Shown: positions 1 through 13,200 of the stretch, one piece after another
Position numbering within the stretch: the stretch's first letter is position 1
Layout of the letters: every line of letters begins with the position of its first letter
Source: Neophaeotheca triangularis
Lineage: Eukaryota
Direction: 5' to 3'
NCBI GenBank assembly: GCA_054600435.1
Contig: BAAIJX010000010.1
Coordinates: 372,001 to 436,000, forward strand
Length of the DNA stretch: 64,000 nt
Made by a program: the position numbers and the translations under genes
Notes under the pieces: model-generated
The model's database searches: none
Told to the model about the DNA's origin: nothing
Seen by the model: only the letters and a program-made list of their open reading frames with translations

Positions 1-779
1 GGCTTTTGCTGGGTGATGGGCTAAGAGGGTGTGGGTAGGGCTGGTTGGCTGAGAGCGCCGTGCATGTTGTAGGAGGACTCGGGGTTGCAATCTGTCTCCA
101 TTTTCCGTCCAACTGTCCGTGACGAGTGCTGGACAAAGGGAGGAGGTGAAGTTGAAAGAAGAGTGGTGCCAAGACACGCACGCGCGCACGAGCGTGAAGG
201 GTCTTTGGGCGTGGACTTTCTTGCTGTGCTTTGCTCTTGACGAAGCGTAGCCCAAAGTGTGCGATCTAAGCTGAGCGAGTGTCTGGACCTGACAAACAAC
301 TGCCCCAATGCTATTCGTATCGAAGTCCAAGACGTACCGGCTATACCGCTGTAAATGCTATCGACGGACGAGAATCTACACTCGTCGTTGGCTCTACCCG
401 GCCTGGTGTAGACGGATCGAAGATTAGCCAGTAGCGCATAGCATTACCTTGAGATGATCAGATTAATAAACAGACCACAAAGCGACGAGTACGCGACGCA
501 GCGTGCGTTTGTAAAACAAAAGGCGCACCAGCGGAGCCCCAACTAGAGAACTCAGCCCAGCGATCCCCCCGTAGTTACCTGCCTCTCCGCTGCCGACACC
601 ACTACTCTGCTCGATCCCGCTTCAGAGATCCAAGATCGCGCCTCGAGAATTACAAACAATCAAAAACTACTTACGAGGTACCTCACTGTACTCTGCTACG
701 TGCAAACACAAGCCGCCCCCACAGCAGCCCGCCCGACGAGCCCGTGTCGACGATCTTTACGCGTCAGCAAACTGACGAT

Positions 780-796
780 GGGGGGGGGGGGGGGGG
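780..796. repeat. poly-G tract (17 G)
   Basis: Seen directly in intergenic sequence. Confidence 0.9.
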
Positions 797-2577
797 ATTT
801 ACGGGTTCCGCACTTGCTCGGGATTTCGCAAGTTTGTTTGGAGGCGGCGCGCGGCGGAACTTGACTTGTTGAATGTCGAGCCATTATTATTTTATTGAAG
901 ACGCCCGTCCCCATAACCTCTCCCTAGTTGCTAGGAGATGACCGGTTCCGAAGGTGAGGCAAGTGACCGGTTTGGTCGAAACTTTAATTCGCACCACGGG
1001 GCTCCAGACCGCTCGGCGTCATAAGAGGCACCATGCAAGCTTAATGGGGGGGAATATCCTGGAACCTAGGTAGATAATGCCATAATAGAAGCGGTTCGCG
1101 ACTTGAAACAGCCTTGACTTTTGAATCCGGATAAGGCCCATGCGGCTTTTGTGGGATGGACATTGGACAACGTCGGCGTTATGCCATTTCGTCAGTCTGT
1201 GAGGTACGGATGCATCTACACAAGAAAGCTCCTTAGTTGCCTTCGCGATTTGACTATCTTGTCTGCTTAGTAGTGGTGGTAGTGCGTGGCGCCCACATCG
1301 TCGCCGTTGGTGCAAAGGTCGAGCGGCAGCTGACATTTGAGCAATATGGCATTGGTAACAGAATTCAGACGACGCGGGATGAAGGTTTACTTGGAATAGG
1401 ACGTCGAGAGGGATGTCGACCGTTCGTATTACTGCCGCGAAGCTAGGTATCAGAATTAGTAGTACCTAGGTAGAGACGGAGTGCAGCGTATTGGATATAG
1501 AAGGCAGAGGGTAGTGGAAATTTGAACGTGACAAGAACTCGTATCTGCATCAGCATTCAGCATAAGTCATAGCATACTAGGTACATACCTCATATCATCA
1601 CATGAACGAGAAAGACTCCGTGGTATGACCGCGTCTTTAAACCTTTGTTGGCTCCCGTCCAGCGAACGGTTGAATCCTCGCGTGTTAGTCTCGGGTCATC
1701 CGATTGGCCTTCGGCTGGGAACAAAGGCTGCCCTCACCAGACCAGCCAGAGTCGGACCATGTACCGTGTCGCTAGGTACTGTACCTGACCTGACCTTCTC
1801 CTTCGACGACCAGAGGATATCGATATCAATAATCATAACAACAACGATCAGCACTGCTATCGACGAGCTCGGGTGACGGGTATTGCAAGCTCGACCAAGG
1901 CGCCATTTGCGCTACTAGTGCCCGCAAAGATAGATACAACAGATTAGGTACGGACTTTAACAGGCAGATTAGAAAGACGAGGACAGTGCGGGACGCCGGC
2001 AACGTTATCCACAATCGCCCCATACACATCTCGTGAAAGAGTGCGAGGGAGGAGGGTTGCGTTAATCTGGCAAACAACACCAACACCAACACCACCACCA
2101 CCACCACCACCACCGACACGCCTCGCTATATCTCCTCCGCACTTCGCCTGCCGTTACATCGATACGTCACAAGCCACAAGGGAAACCTCAAGTCGACCCC
2201 TCGCCGTGCGACAGTACAGAGGTACTCGCAACCCAACGCCCTGCATTGGCCTTTCTTGAGCGCTTTTCTTACCAAGCTACTGAACTGGACTGGACTGAAC
2301 TCAGAGCTTCTCACTTGTTTGGCTTTTACGCCTCTCCGCTGGGCTGGATCTGTGCGAAGGTTCTGATCCAGCTGTCTCGTTAACGTCAGATCAAGGCCTT
2401 GGGACAACGTGGTGGATACAGAGCGATCGGCGCTTCGAGGACTAAACCACGTTGCACATACATCTAGGCAAACGGCGAGTGAGCTTGCTTGAAGAGCTGT
2501 GATAAAGCAGCCTTTGCTTGTGGGAGAACACACAACGGCCAAACGTAGGCAAAGTACGGCAATAGCAAACCTCGATC

Positions 2578-3732
2578 ATGCTGGCGAATCCTACCAAACC
2601 TACGATGGCTCGGAAGCCTGTACCGTCATCGTATTCTCAGCAAACACCTGCATCATATACTGATAGAGGACACTCGAGGACCAGGACCGGATCGTCCAAT
2701 GTCTTACCCGCTGGGACCAGTGCTCCTCCACCAGTTCCAGGACGAGCAGATCAACAGCACCCTTCGTACAACCCCACCCGAAGCATGCAATCACAGCAAC
2801 AGCCAGCCTATCCTGGGCAGTTTACCCGGCGAACTCCCTCCAACGCTACTTCCAACTCCTCCACCTCGACCAACACTGGCCTCCAACGAGTTCCCACCAA
2901 CCCTGGCAGCGTCTCCGGTGTCCGCCGCTCGACTTCCTCCCGCAGCAACTCCACCACCAGCCCGACCTCATACGTTGCCCTGATGCGCAAGCAAAAAGCC
3001 ACCGTTTGGTGCGACCGCGCTCAACACGACGACCCACGCCTTCTTCAAGCCCAACGACAAGCGAAAATGCGAGCAGCGCAGGAAGTCGCAGGCGGCCACC
3101 ACGTGCAACCCAACGGCCGCACAAGCACAAGCAGCCAGGGCATCGCTGGCGGCGTGAGGAGCAAAATACGCCACCACGGTGCGCCGAAAGCAAGCGCATA
3201 CAGCGGAACGCATTTGATCAGCTCCGCCGGCGTTCCCATGCGTTTGAGTGCTAGCGAGGTGGACGAAGGCGAGAGTGACGAAGAGAAGGAAACACAGCAA
3301 GCACAAAAGTACCACATACGCAACGGCAGCAGCCGCAGCAGTTTAGGCAGCGGCCACAGGAACAACAGCTACTTGAGCTCGCACCAGTATCAGCAAGGTG
3401 GCCACAGCAACGGGCCCAGTCCAACTCTTGGACAGAGTCCACACGATAGCATGGGAGATTTGGCCGAGGAGGAGACTCCTACACCCAACTCTTACGGGCA
3501 GCAGGACGATTACTTTAAGCAGCCTGGCGGGCAAGGCGGGAGCGGGGGCAGCAGTGAGAGGGAGGAGAGGTTCGGGAATCCGGGTAGCTTGCCGGTCCAG
3601 AGAGGCGGGACACAGGCGGAGCAGAACCGCCAGACGAGCGAAGAGCTGAGGCGACGCGGGAGTGTGGACGATCGTACAATGACCATGAGCGCTGGCAGGC
3701 TCTTCGTCGCTAACCCTGACTTGAGCGACTAA
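2578..3732 (+). CDS. Conserved fungal hypothetical protein, Ser/Gln/Gly-rich, largely disordered (384 aa)
   Basis: Intronless ATG ORF with coding-like codon use. It has ordered-looking blocks SYVALMRKQKATVWCDRAQ and C-terminal RLFVANPDLSD that I recall from unannotated Pezizomycotina proteins. Confidence 0.85.
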   Translation: MLANPTKPTMARKPVPSSYSQQTPASYTDRGHSRTRTGSSNVLPAGTSAPPPVPGRADQQHPSYNPTRSMQSQQQPAYPGQFTRRTPSNATSNSSTSTNTGLQRVPTNPGSVSGVRRSTSSRSNSTTSPTSYVALMRKQKATVWCDRAQHDDPRLLQAQRQAKMRAAQEVAGGHHVQPNGRTSTSSQGIAGGVRSKIRHHGAPKASAYSGTHLISSAGVPMRLSASEVDEGESDEEKETQQAQKYHIRNGSSRSSLGSGHRNNSYLSSHQYQQGGHSNGPSPTLGQSPHDSMGDLAEEETPTPNSYGQQDDYFKQPGGQGGSGGSSEREERFGNPGSLPVQRGGTQAEQNRQTSEELRRRGSVDDRTMTMSAGRLFVANPDLSD

Positions 3733-4359
3733 AGCTTTGGGGGATTAGGGGAGGGAGGAACGGCGATGGCGATGGCGATGGCGATTGTTCAAGGCCATGT
3801 TTCGATTGCCCTTTTTTGTCTTCTACTGGATACCACTATTAGGGTTGAGGGGGAGATGGCGTGGACGAGCTTAGGTTTATATATGCATGGTGTACTTTGG
3901 TAGCTGTATGACGTTGAAAGATGTATTGCAACTGCTTGGGTCTTGTTTCGTTGACCTTGGTTGGACTCGCTATCTCTGCTTCTGGGCTAAGAGGGTACGT
4001 AAAACACGCAGTAACTGACTACGGAGGCAGTTTAGGGAGAGCGAAGAGTGTACCTGGCAGAAGCAATGATATGCGTGAACCGTGCTATCGAGACCGATAA
4101 CGCGTTACCTCTCCAACGTACCTAGGAGCTGGAGGTGTTGACGAACTCGGCTTTACCCGCTCAAAATGAACGATTAACCGACACCTCTATATAGCGAGCG
4201 ATGGCCACCACCTCATCTATCTGGGACACCTTTGTAAGTCAATGTCTATTGGGCGGTTGTTTTGAACGGGCGGAGGTATGCTTTGTTGTCACAGTTTATT
4301 GTTTTGATTATTCGTATCCTACTTTCTATCACACCTTTTGATACTCGTACGCCATCATC

Positions 4360-6243
4360 ATGGAGCCCCACGACAAGCCTGTACGGACCAAATCTACCAG
4401 CAGCAACCACAATAGCATACGACCCCGGAGTGGAAACATGGAAGCGCACAGTACACTATCTGGCAGCGGTGCCACTGGAACGAAATCTCTACCTGCCGAA
4501 CAATACACTTCCCCCGTTAGCCCCGCAGCCAGCATGCGATCAGGAGGCTCAGGAGGCTCCGCAAGACACAGCTTCCAAAGCCACGGCCGAACAATGAGCA
4601 TGGCCGCCGACGTTGTTAACACCAACCCCAGCCACGGCCGCAGTAACCGCTTCTCCCTATCCTTCCCCATCCAACCCGCGCGAGAAATGGCACCGCCGAG
4701 TCCTACCAAGCACTCGGCCAGCTCGAGTCGCGAAACCGTGGGCCCAGCTCCCGATACTATCGCGCCCCCTACCGCTACTGGACCCTCCGATAGCAATATC
4801 CTGACAGCAATAGCGGCGCAAGAGCGCCGGGTCTTGGAATTGAAAGAGGAGCTCCAGCGTGCGGGCAAGGATCTGGAATTGTTGAAAAAGCAGTGGGCGA
4901 CGCAGGAGGCGCAGAAGAAACGCAACGATGTGCGCAAAGTGACAAAGCTACAGCCACTGAATACGGCGCTCACGGTAGGTGGTGGTTGTGGCCCTGAGGG
5001 CAGTGAGGATGCAGAAGGCTCTCCGGGTTGGTTGCAGCAGGAGATGGATCGGCGGAAAGCGCTGTTGAGTGGGCCCAAGAGCTCGAGTAGGACGGTTTTT
5101 TCGGGGTCGAGGCATACAAGGACGCTTTCGTTGCTTTCGCCTGGCACGGTGGCGCAGAGGGCTGCCGTGGACTTTCCTCCAAGGCAGGATAGTTTGCCTG
5201 GGAAGCGGTTATCGGGGGGTAGGACGAAGCAGCAGGTTCAGTGGCGGCAGCCGCAGGAGCAACAGCAGGAACATCAGCAACGGGCGAGACCGACGGTCGT
5301 GCCTAGAGCTTCTACAACGCCGGATTTGACAAAGGAGGTTGTGGAGAATGTGGACGCGGAGGGCGATCTTACGACCCAGGCTGTGGATCGGGAGGCGTTG
5401 ATCAAAGGTGGGAGGCAGATGGCTACGCACTTCAAGGATGGGCTTTGGACATTCTTCGAGGATCTAAGACAGGCTACTATTGGAGACGAGGCTTCACAGG
5501 CGCAGCACGTGTCCTCGAGACGAGAGTCAGTGCAAAGTCTACGAAGCGCCCAGAAACAGGCTGGAAAGAACTTGCTACGGTCTTCATCAAGAACGTCAAC
5601 AATCAGCACAGGCTCCACGGAAACAAGACGACCCGGCGCAAAATCCCCTTTACAAACCCGCACCTCCCCATCACAAACACCGAAAGCCGAAGAACCCTCC
5701 CTCATGGACCTTCAAACCTCCAACCTTGTCCACTACGAAACCCTTGCAACGCTCGAAGCCACTCCCGCACGCGTCAAGAAACCCTCTTCCTCCTCCCACG
5801 GCCACGCGAAAAAAAATTCCATCCACTCCGATGACGGCTGGAGTCTATGGGCCGAAGGCAACCAAAGCCCCACAACTACAGCCGACCCCTCTAGCCAAAA
5901 CTCCGGCGCCAGCAGCAGCGCGACTTCCGACTCCGCTACCCTGCCCTCCACCAATGCCACGAGCGCTCGCAACTCTCTCACCACTGGGGCGCCGGAAACC
6001 CTAGAAAGACAAGCCCACTCGACGATTGGCAGTAGCAGTGGCAGCAAGGAACCCCTGCCCTGGCCGGCTCTGAGCAAGTATGGCCCCGCGCAGCTCAAGC
6101 GCACCGCTAGCAATCTTATGAGTGAGTGGGAGAGCACGTTGACGCAGAGTCCTGGCACGGAGTATACGGGGCAGGAGGATTATCTTGGGTTGGGGGCTGA
6201 GGCTGCGGCTAGTGAGATTGGGAAAGGGGTTAAGAGGGATTGA
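4360..6243 (+). CDS. DUF4048/Tda11-like coiled-coil protein (627 aa)
   Basis: Long ATG ORF. Coiled coil LTAIAAQERRVLELKEELQRAGKDLELLKKQW and block KDGLWTFFEDLRQATIGDE resemble DUF4048-family proteins (from memory). Confidence 0.75.
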   Translation: MEPHDKPVRTKSTSSNHNSIRPRSGNMEAHSTLSGSGATGTKSLPAEQYTSPVSPAASMRSGGSGGSARHSFQSHGRTMSMAADVVNTNPSHGRSNRFSLSFPIQPAREMAPPSPTKHSASSSRETVGPAPDTIAPPTATGPSDSNILTAIAAQERRVLELKEELQRAGKDLELLKKQWATQEAQKKRNDVRKVTKLQPLNTALTVGGGCGPEGSEDAEGSPGWLQQEMDRRKALLSGPKSSSRTVFSGSRHTRTLSLLSPGTVAQRAAVDFPPRQDSLPGKRLSGGRTKQQVQWRQPQEQQQEHQQRARPTVVPRASTTPDLTKEVVENVDAEGDLTTQAVDREALIKGGRQMATHFKDGLWTFFEDLRQATIGDEASQAQHVSSRRESVQSLRSAQKQAGKNLLRSSSRTSTISTGSTETRRPGAKSPLQTRTSPSQTPKAEEPSLMDLQTSNLVHYETLATLEATPARVKKPSSSSHGHAKKNSIHSDDGWSLWAEGNQSPTTTADPSSQNSGASSSATSDSATLPSTNATSARNSLTTGAPETLERQAHSTIGSSSGSKEPLPWPALSKYGPAQLKRTASNLMSEWESTLTQSPGTEYTGQEDYLGLGAEAAASEIGKGVKRD

Positions 6244-6607
6244 AGGGGTGTAGGTTGATGTATCTATGTATGTATGTATGTATGTATGCTTGGATGGGGG
6301 AGGGATTGGGATTGTCGTGTTTTCTTGACCTGGTTTCTGATCCCTTTTTTCTAAACATTGATTTGAGGAGGCTGAAGGTGTTCACTGTACCAAGGGTAGG
6401 CCTTGGGCAGGCGGAAAGAGGGGGCTCGGCTAAGTTGCCAGTATCGTGTTGCTTCGCGCTCGTTTGCCCCGCGTCTCAAATGAAATTGTTGGAGCTTCAA
6501 AGAGCTCCTTACCTAACCTTACACCAATTCCACCCAACCTCTCGCCTCGTACATCGCTTGGCCACCCAGTTCCGAACCACAACCAAAACATCCACATCAC
6601 AAGAGCT

Positions 6608-7517
6608 ATGGAGATCATCACCGCCTCCCCTGCAGTCGCCGACTTCACTGCCCTCTCCGAGCACCGCGCGCAAACCCCCTCCACCTTCTTCGACGGCGAG
6701 CCGGTCCTCCACTTCCACTCCGAGAATGCCGAACTGCGCGCCAAAGCCGCCGATCTGGCTGGTAAAGAGGGCTACAAGAATTTCCTAGGCGGGAGCAACG
6801 ACGAGGGCAACGTCAACGTCCCCGTGTCCGTGTTTGTCGCAAGCGAGTAAGTGGCCCTCGAGAATTGAACAAACATGAGCGCGGCACGGCATTGGAATAC
6901 TGACTTGTGCTCCGCTCTCCAGCTTTCTCACCATCTTCTCTCCCGCCCTGAATCACGGCATCAAGATCCCTTACCCTTCCATCTTCGTCCACGCTCCCGA
7001 TGGCAACGCCGTGATGCTTCAGATCTTGCACTCAGACGGCAACGCCGAAGACGCTGATGGCGAGGACGGAGATCTCGGGTACGTTGAGCTGCGCGTCGCT
7101 CCAGCGGCCACCGAGAGTACTGTCACCACGGAGGACCAGGCCAATGGCGTCGGCGCGGGCTCTCGTCAGACCGATGCGGTCATGGCTATGTACCAGGCCG
7201 TCTCCGCTTGTCAGGATCTGAACCCCGATGAGGATGATGAGGAGGGTTTTGATGGGGATGTGGATGGTGGTTTCGATGAGACGGCTCCCGGCGCCACTGG
7301 TTGGATTACTTCGGAGAATATGGCGGATCTTATGGATGCGGATGGGAATTTGGTGATGCCTGGGGGTGGTGGTCCGTTGCCTGTTATTGGTGGGGAGGTG
7401 GATGGGGTTCAGGGTGAGCCGCTGGGGGAGTTGGGTGAGGGTGGAGAGAGGCGTAGGGCTGCTGAGGATGATACGGTCGAGGGTGACGAGGGGACGAAGT
7501 GGCAGAGGACTGATTGA
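6608..7517 (+). CDS. LOT5: Lot5/ICln (Voldacs domain) family protein
   Basis: Exons 6608-6846 and 6923-7517; intron GTAAGT..CTGAC..CAG. The spliced product has TPSTFF..PVLH, GIKIPYPSIFVHA (ICln-like) and MYQAVSACQDLNPD, followed by an acidic tail. Confidence 0.8.
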
Positions 7518-7744
7518 GCCTGGTTGAATGGTGTTCAAGATTACCGGCGTTGATGAGGATGCTTGAGGAGAGATACCCACAACTGCGAACGTTGCGAAAG
7601 CCGTACCGTCCACTACGAGTTGCATTCTAGCAGTGCTGCATACTACGGCAAAGTAATTTATTCGAAATCGAAATCGACGGCGAAGGCGGAAAGTTACCGA
7701 GCCGCAATTTACAACAAAACTTCATTCTACCCTATACAGCACCT

Positions 7745-8816
<1,072 letters not shown>

Positions 8817-10240
8817 TGTTGCGGGTTGTTTTTGTCTTACTTTCGAGCTTGTCTCTGGGGCGTTGTTGCTGGTGTTTTGCTTGATAGTAGAGGATTCAAA
8901 TTAAACGATAATGGAGCAAGGTCGCGGGGGTTCGACTCTTTTCTGTTAATCAGTGCAGTCGTTGCGGTTTCTTTCGCACAAATATATATTCTTCTGATGA
9001 TGAGCTGCGCTCGGGGTTTTGTTGTCCACCTAGGTAGTGGGCACATGTACGATGACCTACCGTACCCAAAACCGACGCCGACCCACATACCTACCTAAGT
9101 ATGTACCTAGGTTAAGGTAGCCCAAGGCGTTGCTCCATTTGAACTTGCGGTGCTCGTCCAGCCTTTGGGTTTTTGCCTTTCCACGACCCCAGTGGAGCAG
9201 CGTCCATGATGCGGTTCACAATGGTGGAGCGGCCGGAGCCGGCGCTTCGGCTTGTCGACCAATCAACTGATGATGTCGGGTTTTGGCTGGCCGGCTATCG
9301 GACGTTGTTTATCGTGTTGTAATAACTTTTGGACTGACAAGTTTCGCGAAGCGGTGGTTGAGTGCCAGAGTGGGTTGCTGGGTTATGGTGGTTATGCAAT
9401 TGTGCGTTGGTTTGCTTTGGGGCTGACTCGATTTGTTCATGGGCCGCGAGCTGGCGGTCAGGAGTGCTGAGCTGGAGCGATTCGTGTCGTTGGTCGTTGT
9501 TGAGGCTGCCAGGGGTGGGTTTGGGGGGCGGGCATGACCTTGTTGCACACGTGCTAACTGCTTGCTTCAACCTTTGGCTACTGACGTGATGTCCCGGTGG
9601 AGGGATCAAGGCGGATTGACTTCTCCCACCTCGACGACAGTATGCTCGTGGCACGCCGATACCCACAGCTAAGGGGCCTCCCAATGCGTTTAATGTAGGG
9701 TAGGTGCAATTCTCCGGGGCGAACACTTTCGGTGCGAGCCTCGAACATGGTCAACTGGGCGAAGGCATAACGACAGTGACGATGAAAGATACCACTGCTT
9801 CGATCGACTGACCAGCAGAGCCTCAAGCAAAATTCGACGCTGGACTTAGCCTGACGATATCACCAAGGCAAGTAATTTCTCAGTCCTCTACAAGTCATCG
9901 TTATCCCACTTCTTCTTTCTTTTCCCCATCAGATCGGAAGAAACTGTCAGTCGAGACCAATACCTCGGGCGAACACAATGGCAAAGTTCAAACAGCCCAT
10001 GCCAAAGCTACATTCCAACACTCCTGTTATGGCAACGCGCATGCCGCGAAGCCGGAATAACAACACCTGGAGCTTACCCACTGTGTCCGGTGCGACATGG
10101 CAGGAAGGCAGTGTGCGAGAGTTGACTCTGTTGAGGCGTTTTGGTTTGCGCGATAGGTAAGGTAATATCGAAACTCGTGGTTCTGTACGCGATCAACGGC
10201 GAAAGCGGCGTTTGTGGCTATCCCTGGTTCTCTCGGGATC

Positions 10241-13200
10241 ATGGCGCCTACACTCGCGGAGTACGGTGGACTCACGGACTTACTGGACGGAACGTTGATG
10301 TGGAGGAACAGAAACGCTGCAAATCAGGCGCAGGCGGGTTCTGGCAGTATCCGAGGTCAGCAGAATGCAGGCCGCTCTATTGAGGAGAGGGACGCGCTGG
10401 GAATACCTATCGGTGGTTGGGCCGGTGTTGGAGTGGGCGCGGCGCTCATTCTGGCTGCCGTTGTGTTCGTGCTGGTCAAGATCTTCCAACGGAGAGCGGA
10501 GCACAAGCGATTCATGGCCGCTCAAGATGAAGCGCAGCGAAGTCAGAGTATCCCGGGCGTGGCAGTTGTCGAGATTCCTCGGCCAGTCAGCTATGCTCGA
10601 CAAGGCGGCTTGAATCCATTACACTCGCAAGCTGGATGGGGTGCGCTATCATCCGACGAGAACGTGCATAACAATCAGCCAAACGGGAAGCGTCTGAGCC
10701 AAATGTTCGGTCTGGGTAACTCGAGTAAGAAGAGGAATTCCATTGCTGTGCCGAAACGAGTGCGCCAGAAAGGGATCCCCTTGAGGCGGTTCAAGCACCT
10801 CTCGCGCATAACGGAAAGCCCACGAAGCAGGGTCGAGAGATCTCCTTCTCCGGCTGCGCATGGACCGGACTCGAACGTGCAAGATACGCCTTTGAGCACG
10901 CGCACCGCCAAAGCCTTGACCTACTCCGTACCTGAGGATGGCGATGTGTTCGTGTGTCCGGGCAGCCCGAAGGCGGAGACCGTGCCTTCTTTCGCCATCG
11001 GCATGGCAAAACTTCGTCAACCCAATGCCGCTGCCCCTGGCATAGCTGGTACAAAGGCTGTCCGCTCCAAATCCATGGGAACTGTCCGTGGAGGGCTTCC
11101 AGACGATGCTATCTTTGGCGGCATCGCTCAGCCAGATCGCCCCTCAACGCACGCTCGCTCTTACAGCTGGGGCGCCCAAGCAATGACACGGCCGCCATCA
11201 GGTCCCGTGCCTCCATTGCCAGTGATCTCGCCTCTTGAAGGCGATGCAGATAGTGCTTCTCGACAAGGCGTATGCGTACGGCGCACATCATCCGCGAGCA
11301 GTCACGAATCGGCCGGGAGTTCCGTGCTCGTCTCAAGCCCCATACTGACGATGCGGAAGAACAAACCTGCGACCTCTCCAAGTGTTGAGCAGCTAATAGC
11401 AGAGGACGAAGGAGCTGAGCTGAAGACGGTCGACCAGCAACACGAAAGTCCTGTCGTCGCCTCGTCACAGCCGGTTTCGAACGTGCGACGCGAAGCGGCA
11501 GTCCGTAGCGCCATGGCACAGTACAGCGACGACAGTCGCGCAAGCGCAAGACTTTCTCACGCAAGCACCGTGTCGTCGATCTTGAGCAGTGATAATCGCC
11601 TTTCAATCCCGCAAGTGCGCACAGCAGACCGCGTAAGCATCAGTCGAGTCTCTAGCACTGGATCGCTGACGCCGAGTCCTGTGGTCACCAAATTTGCTTC
11701 TACTCCGATCCGGAAGGCCTCGCGGCCAAATTCGACTACAGTCTCGCTCGACGGCTCACCTGCGCAGCGGAAGAAGAAGAAACATGTCCTGCGCGACATC
11801 AGCGGCAATGCTATGCTTGCGCCCTCTCGCCAGCCTTCTAACAGTACTCAAAGTTCTAGCCGAAGTAGCAACGGCAACCCCTTTCAGTGGGATGGTCCCA
11901 TGCAGGTGTGTCGGCAACCTTCGGCACTGAAAGGCAGCCCTAATGCTCGCAAGGGGCACAGGCGTCAGAACTGCGTCCGTATCTCGACCTTGACGCCGCA
12001 AATCCTGGGTCCGCCTCCTAGCAGACCAACTAGCCCCGGCCTCATGGATGGCATCGAGGAAGAAGGAACAGACGGCGAAGAAGTCATGCAGCAGAAGAAG
12101 AGCGTAGGGTTCGCCTCGAACACGAACACGAAACGCATCAGCAGGCCTCCAAGTACCTCGGAATTCGCACCCAACCTCAATGTCAAGACCCTTCGCGCTT
12201 CCCTAACGCCAAGCTCGCCTACCTTGTCGACGTGGACGGCGTATCACGAACCCAACGTTCTGCCTTCACGGCCATCTGCGAGCACGCTCAGTGTGCCTTC
12301 GCCGAATCGAGGCAAACGACACTCGGACCAAAGCTCTGTCTTCAGCATCCCCACGTTTCCGAGCCCGAGCAAAGCGACCGTCTCAAAGATTCAAACCGAG
12401 CAGCCAGTACCAGAATTCTACCTATCTCGTCCATCGACTGATACTTACTACTCCTCCGACAAAGAGAACCTGGGCAGCTCGCCACCTGCGTTTGTAGAAC
12501 GATCGTGGCACCGCGAGCACCAAGACTACATTCCCTCTAGCCCGCCGCTGCCGTCTCATATGGGGAATGGTAAGGAGTACGACCCGGCCTGGCCCATGAT
12601 CACCATCCCAGCCCCTCAATCGAGCAACGAATACGATCCTGCGAGCCCGGCCTTGTATTATTCCTCGCCCTCGCAGTACGGTTCGAGTCCGCCGGCTTTC
12701 CACTTTGCGAACGCGGCTTCTCCTGAGAGCGCTGTTTCGCCCCGTAGTAGGCCGGTCTCGCATGTTGGCGGGGAGATGCCGGATACGCCGCCATGCTCGC
12801 CAAAGACGATGCCTGAAGGGTTTGAAGACTTCTTCCAGAAGAAAAGGCAGAGCGTTGCGCCGGTCAAACTCGTAAAGTCGCCTCCAGCGACCACAAGTCA
12901 GCCTTCTCGAGACAAGCTTACGTCCGCCAACGCTAGTACCGTCATGGCCAAGCTGCCTCAATCGAGAGCTGGCAGCATTACCAGCAAGAATGGTTTGGAG
13001 GCCTTTCCAGGCGCTCCGGTACTACCGCCCCCAACGAACAGCCCTCCCGCTCCCCCTCCCAAATCAACCGCACGAGCACAAAGAGCAGTCTCAATATCTC
13101 AAGACCAGCAGACCCACCTCAAACCCCTCCGCGACGCACCCCAACCACCCCTCCCTTCGCCCTCCCCTTCCATCACTATCCCCAGCCCCCTGAACATCGC

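Noticed and set aside
1440..1600. Recurrent TACCTAGGTA/CTAGGTAC palindromes (also ~9100, 26670, 34135)
   Set aside because: A common low-complexity intergenic motif in filamentous fungi. There are no terminal inverted repeats or TSDs to call a MITE.
8918..8942. tRNA T-arm/B-box-like AAGGTCGCGGGGGTTCGACTC
   Set aside because: No D-arm, anticodon arm or acceptor stem around it; not a tRNA.
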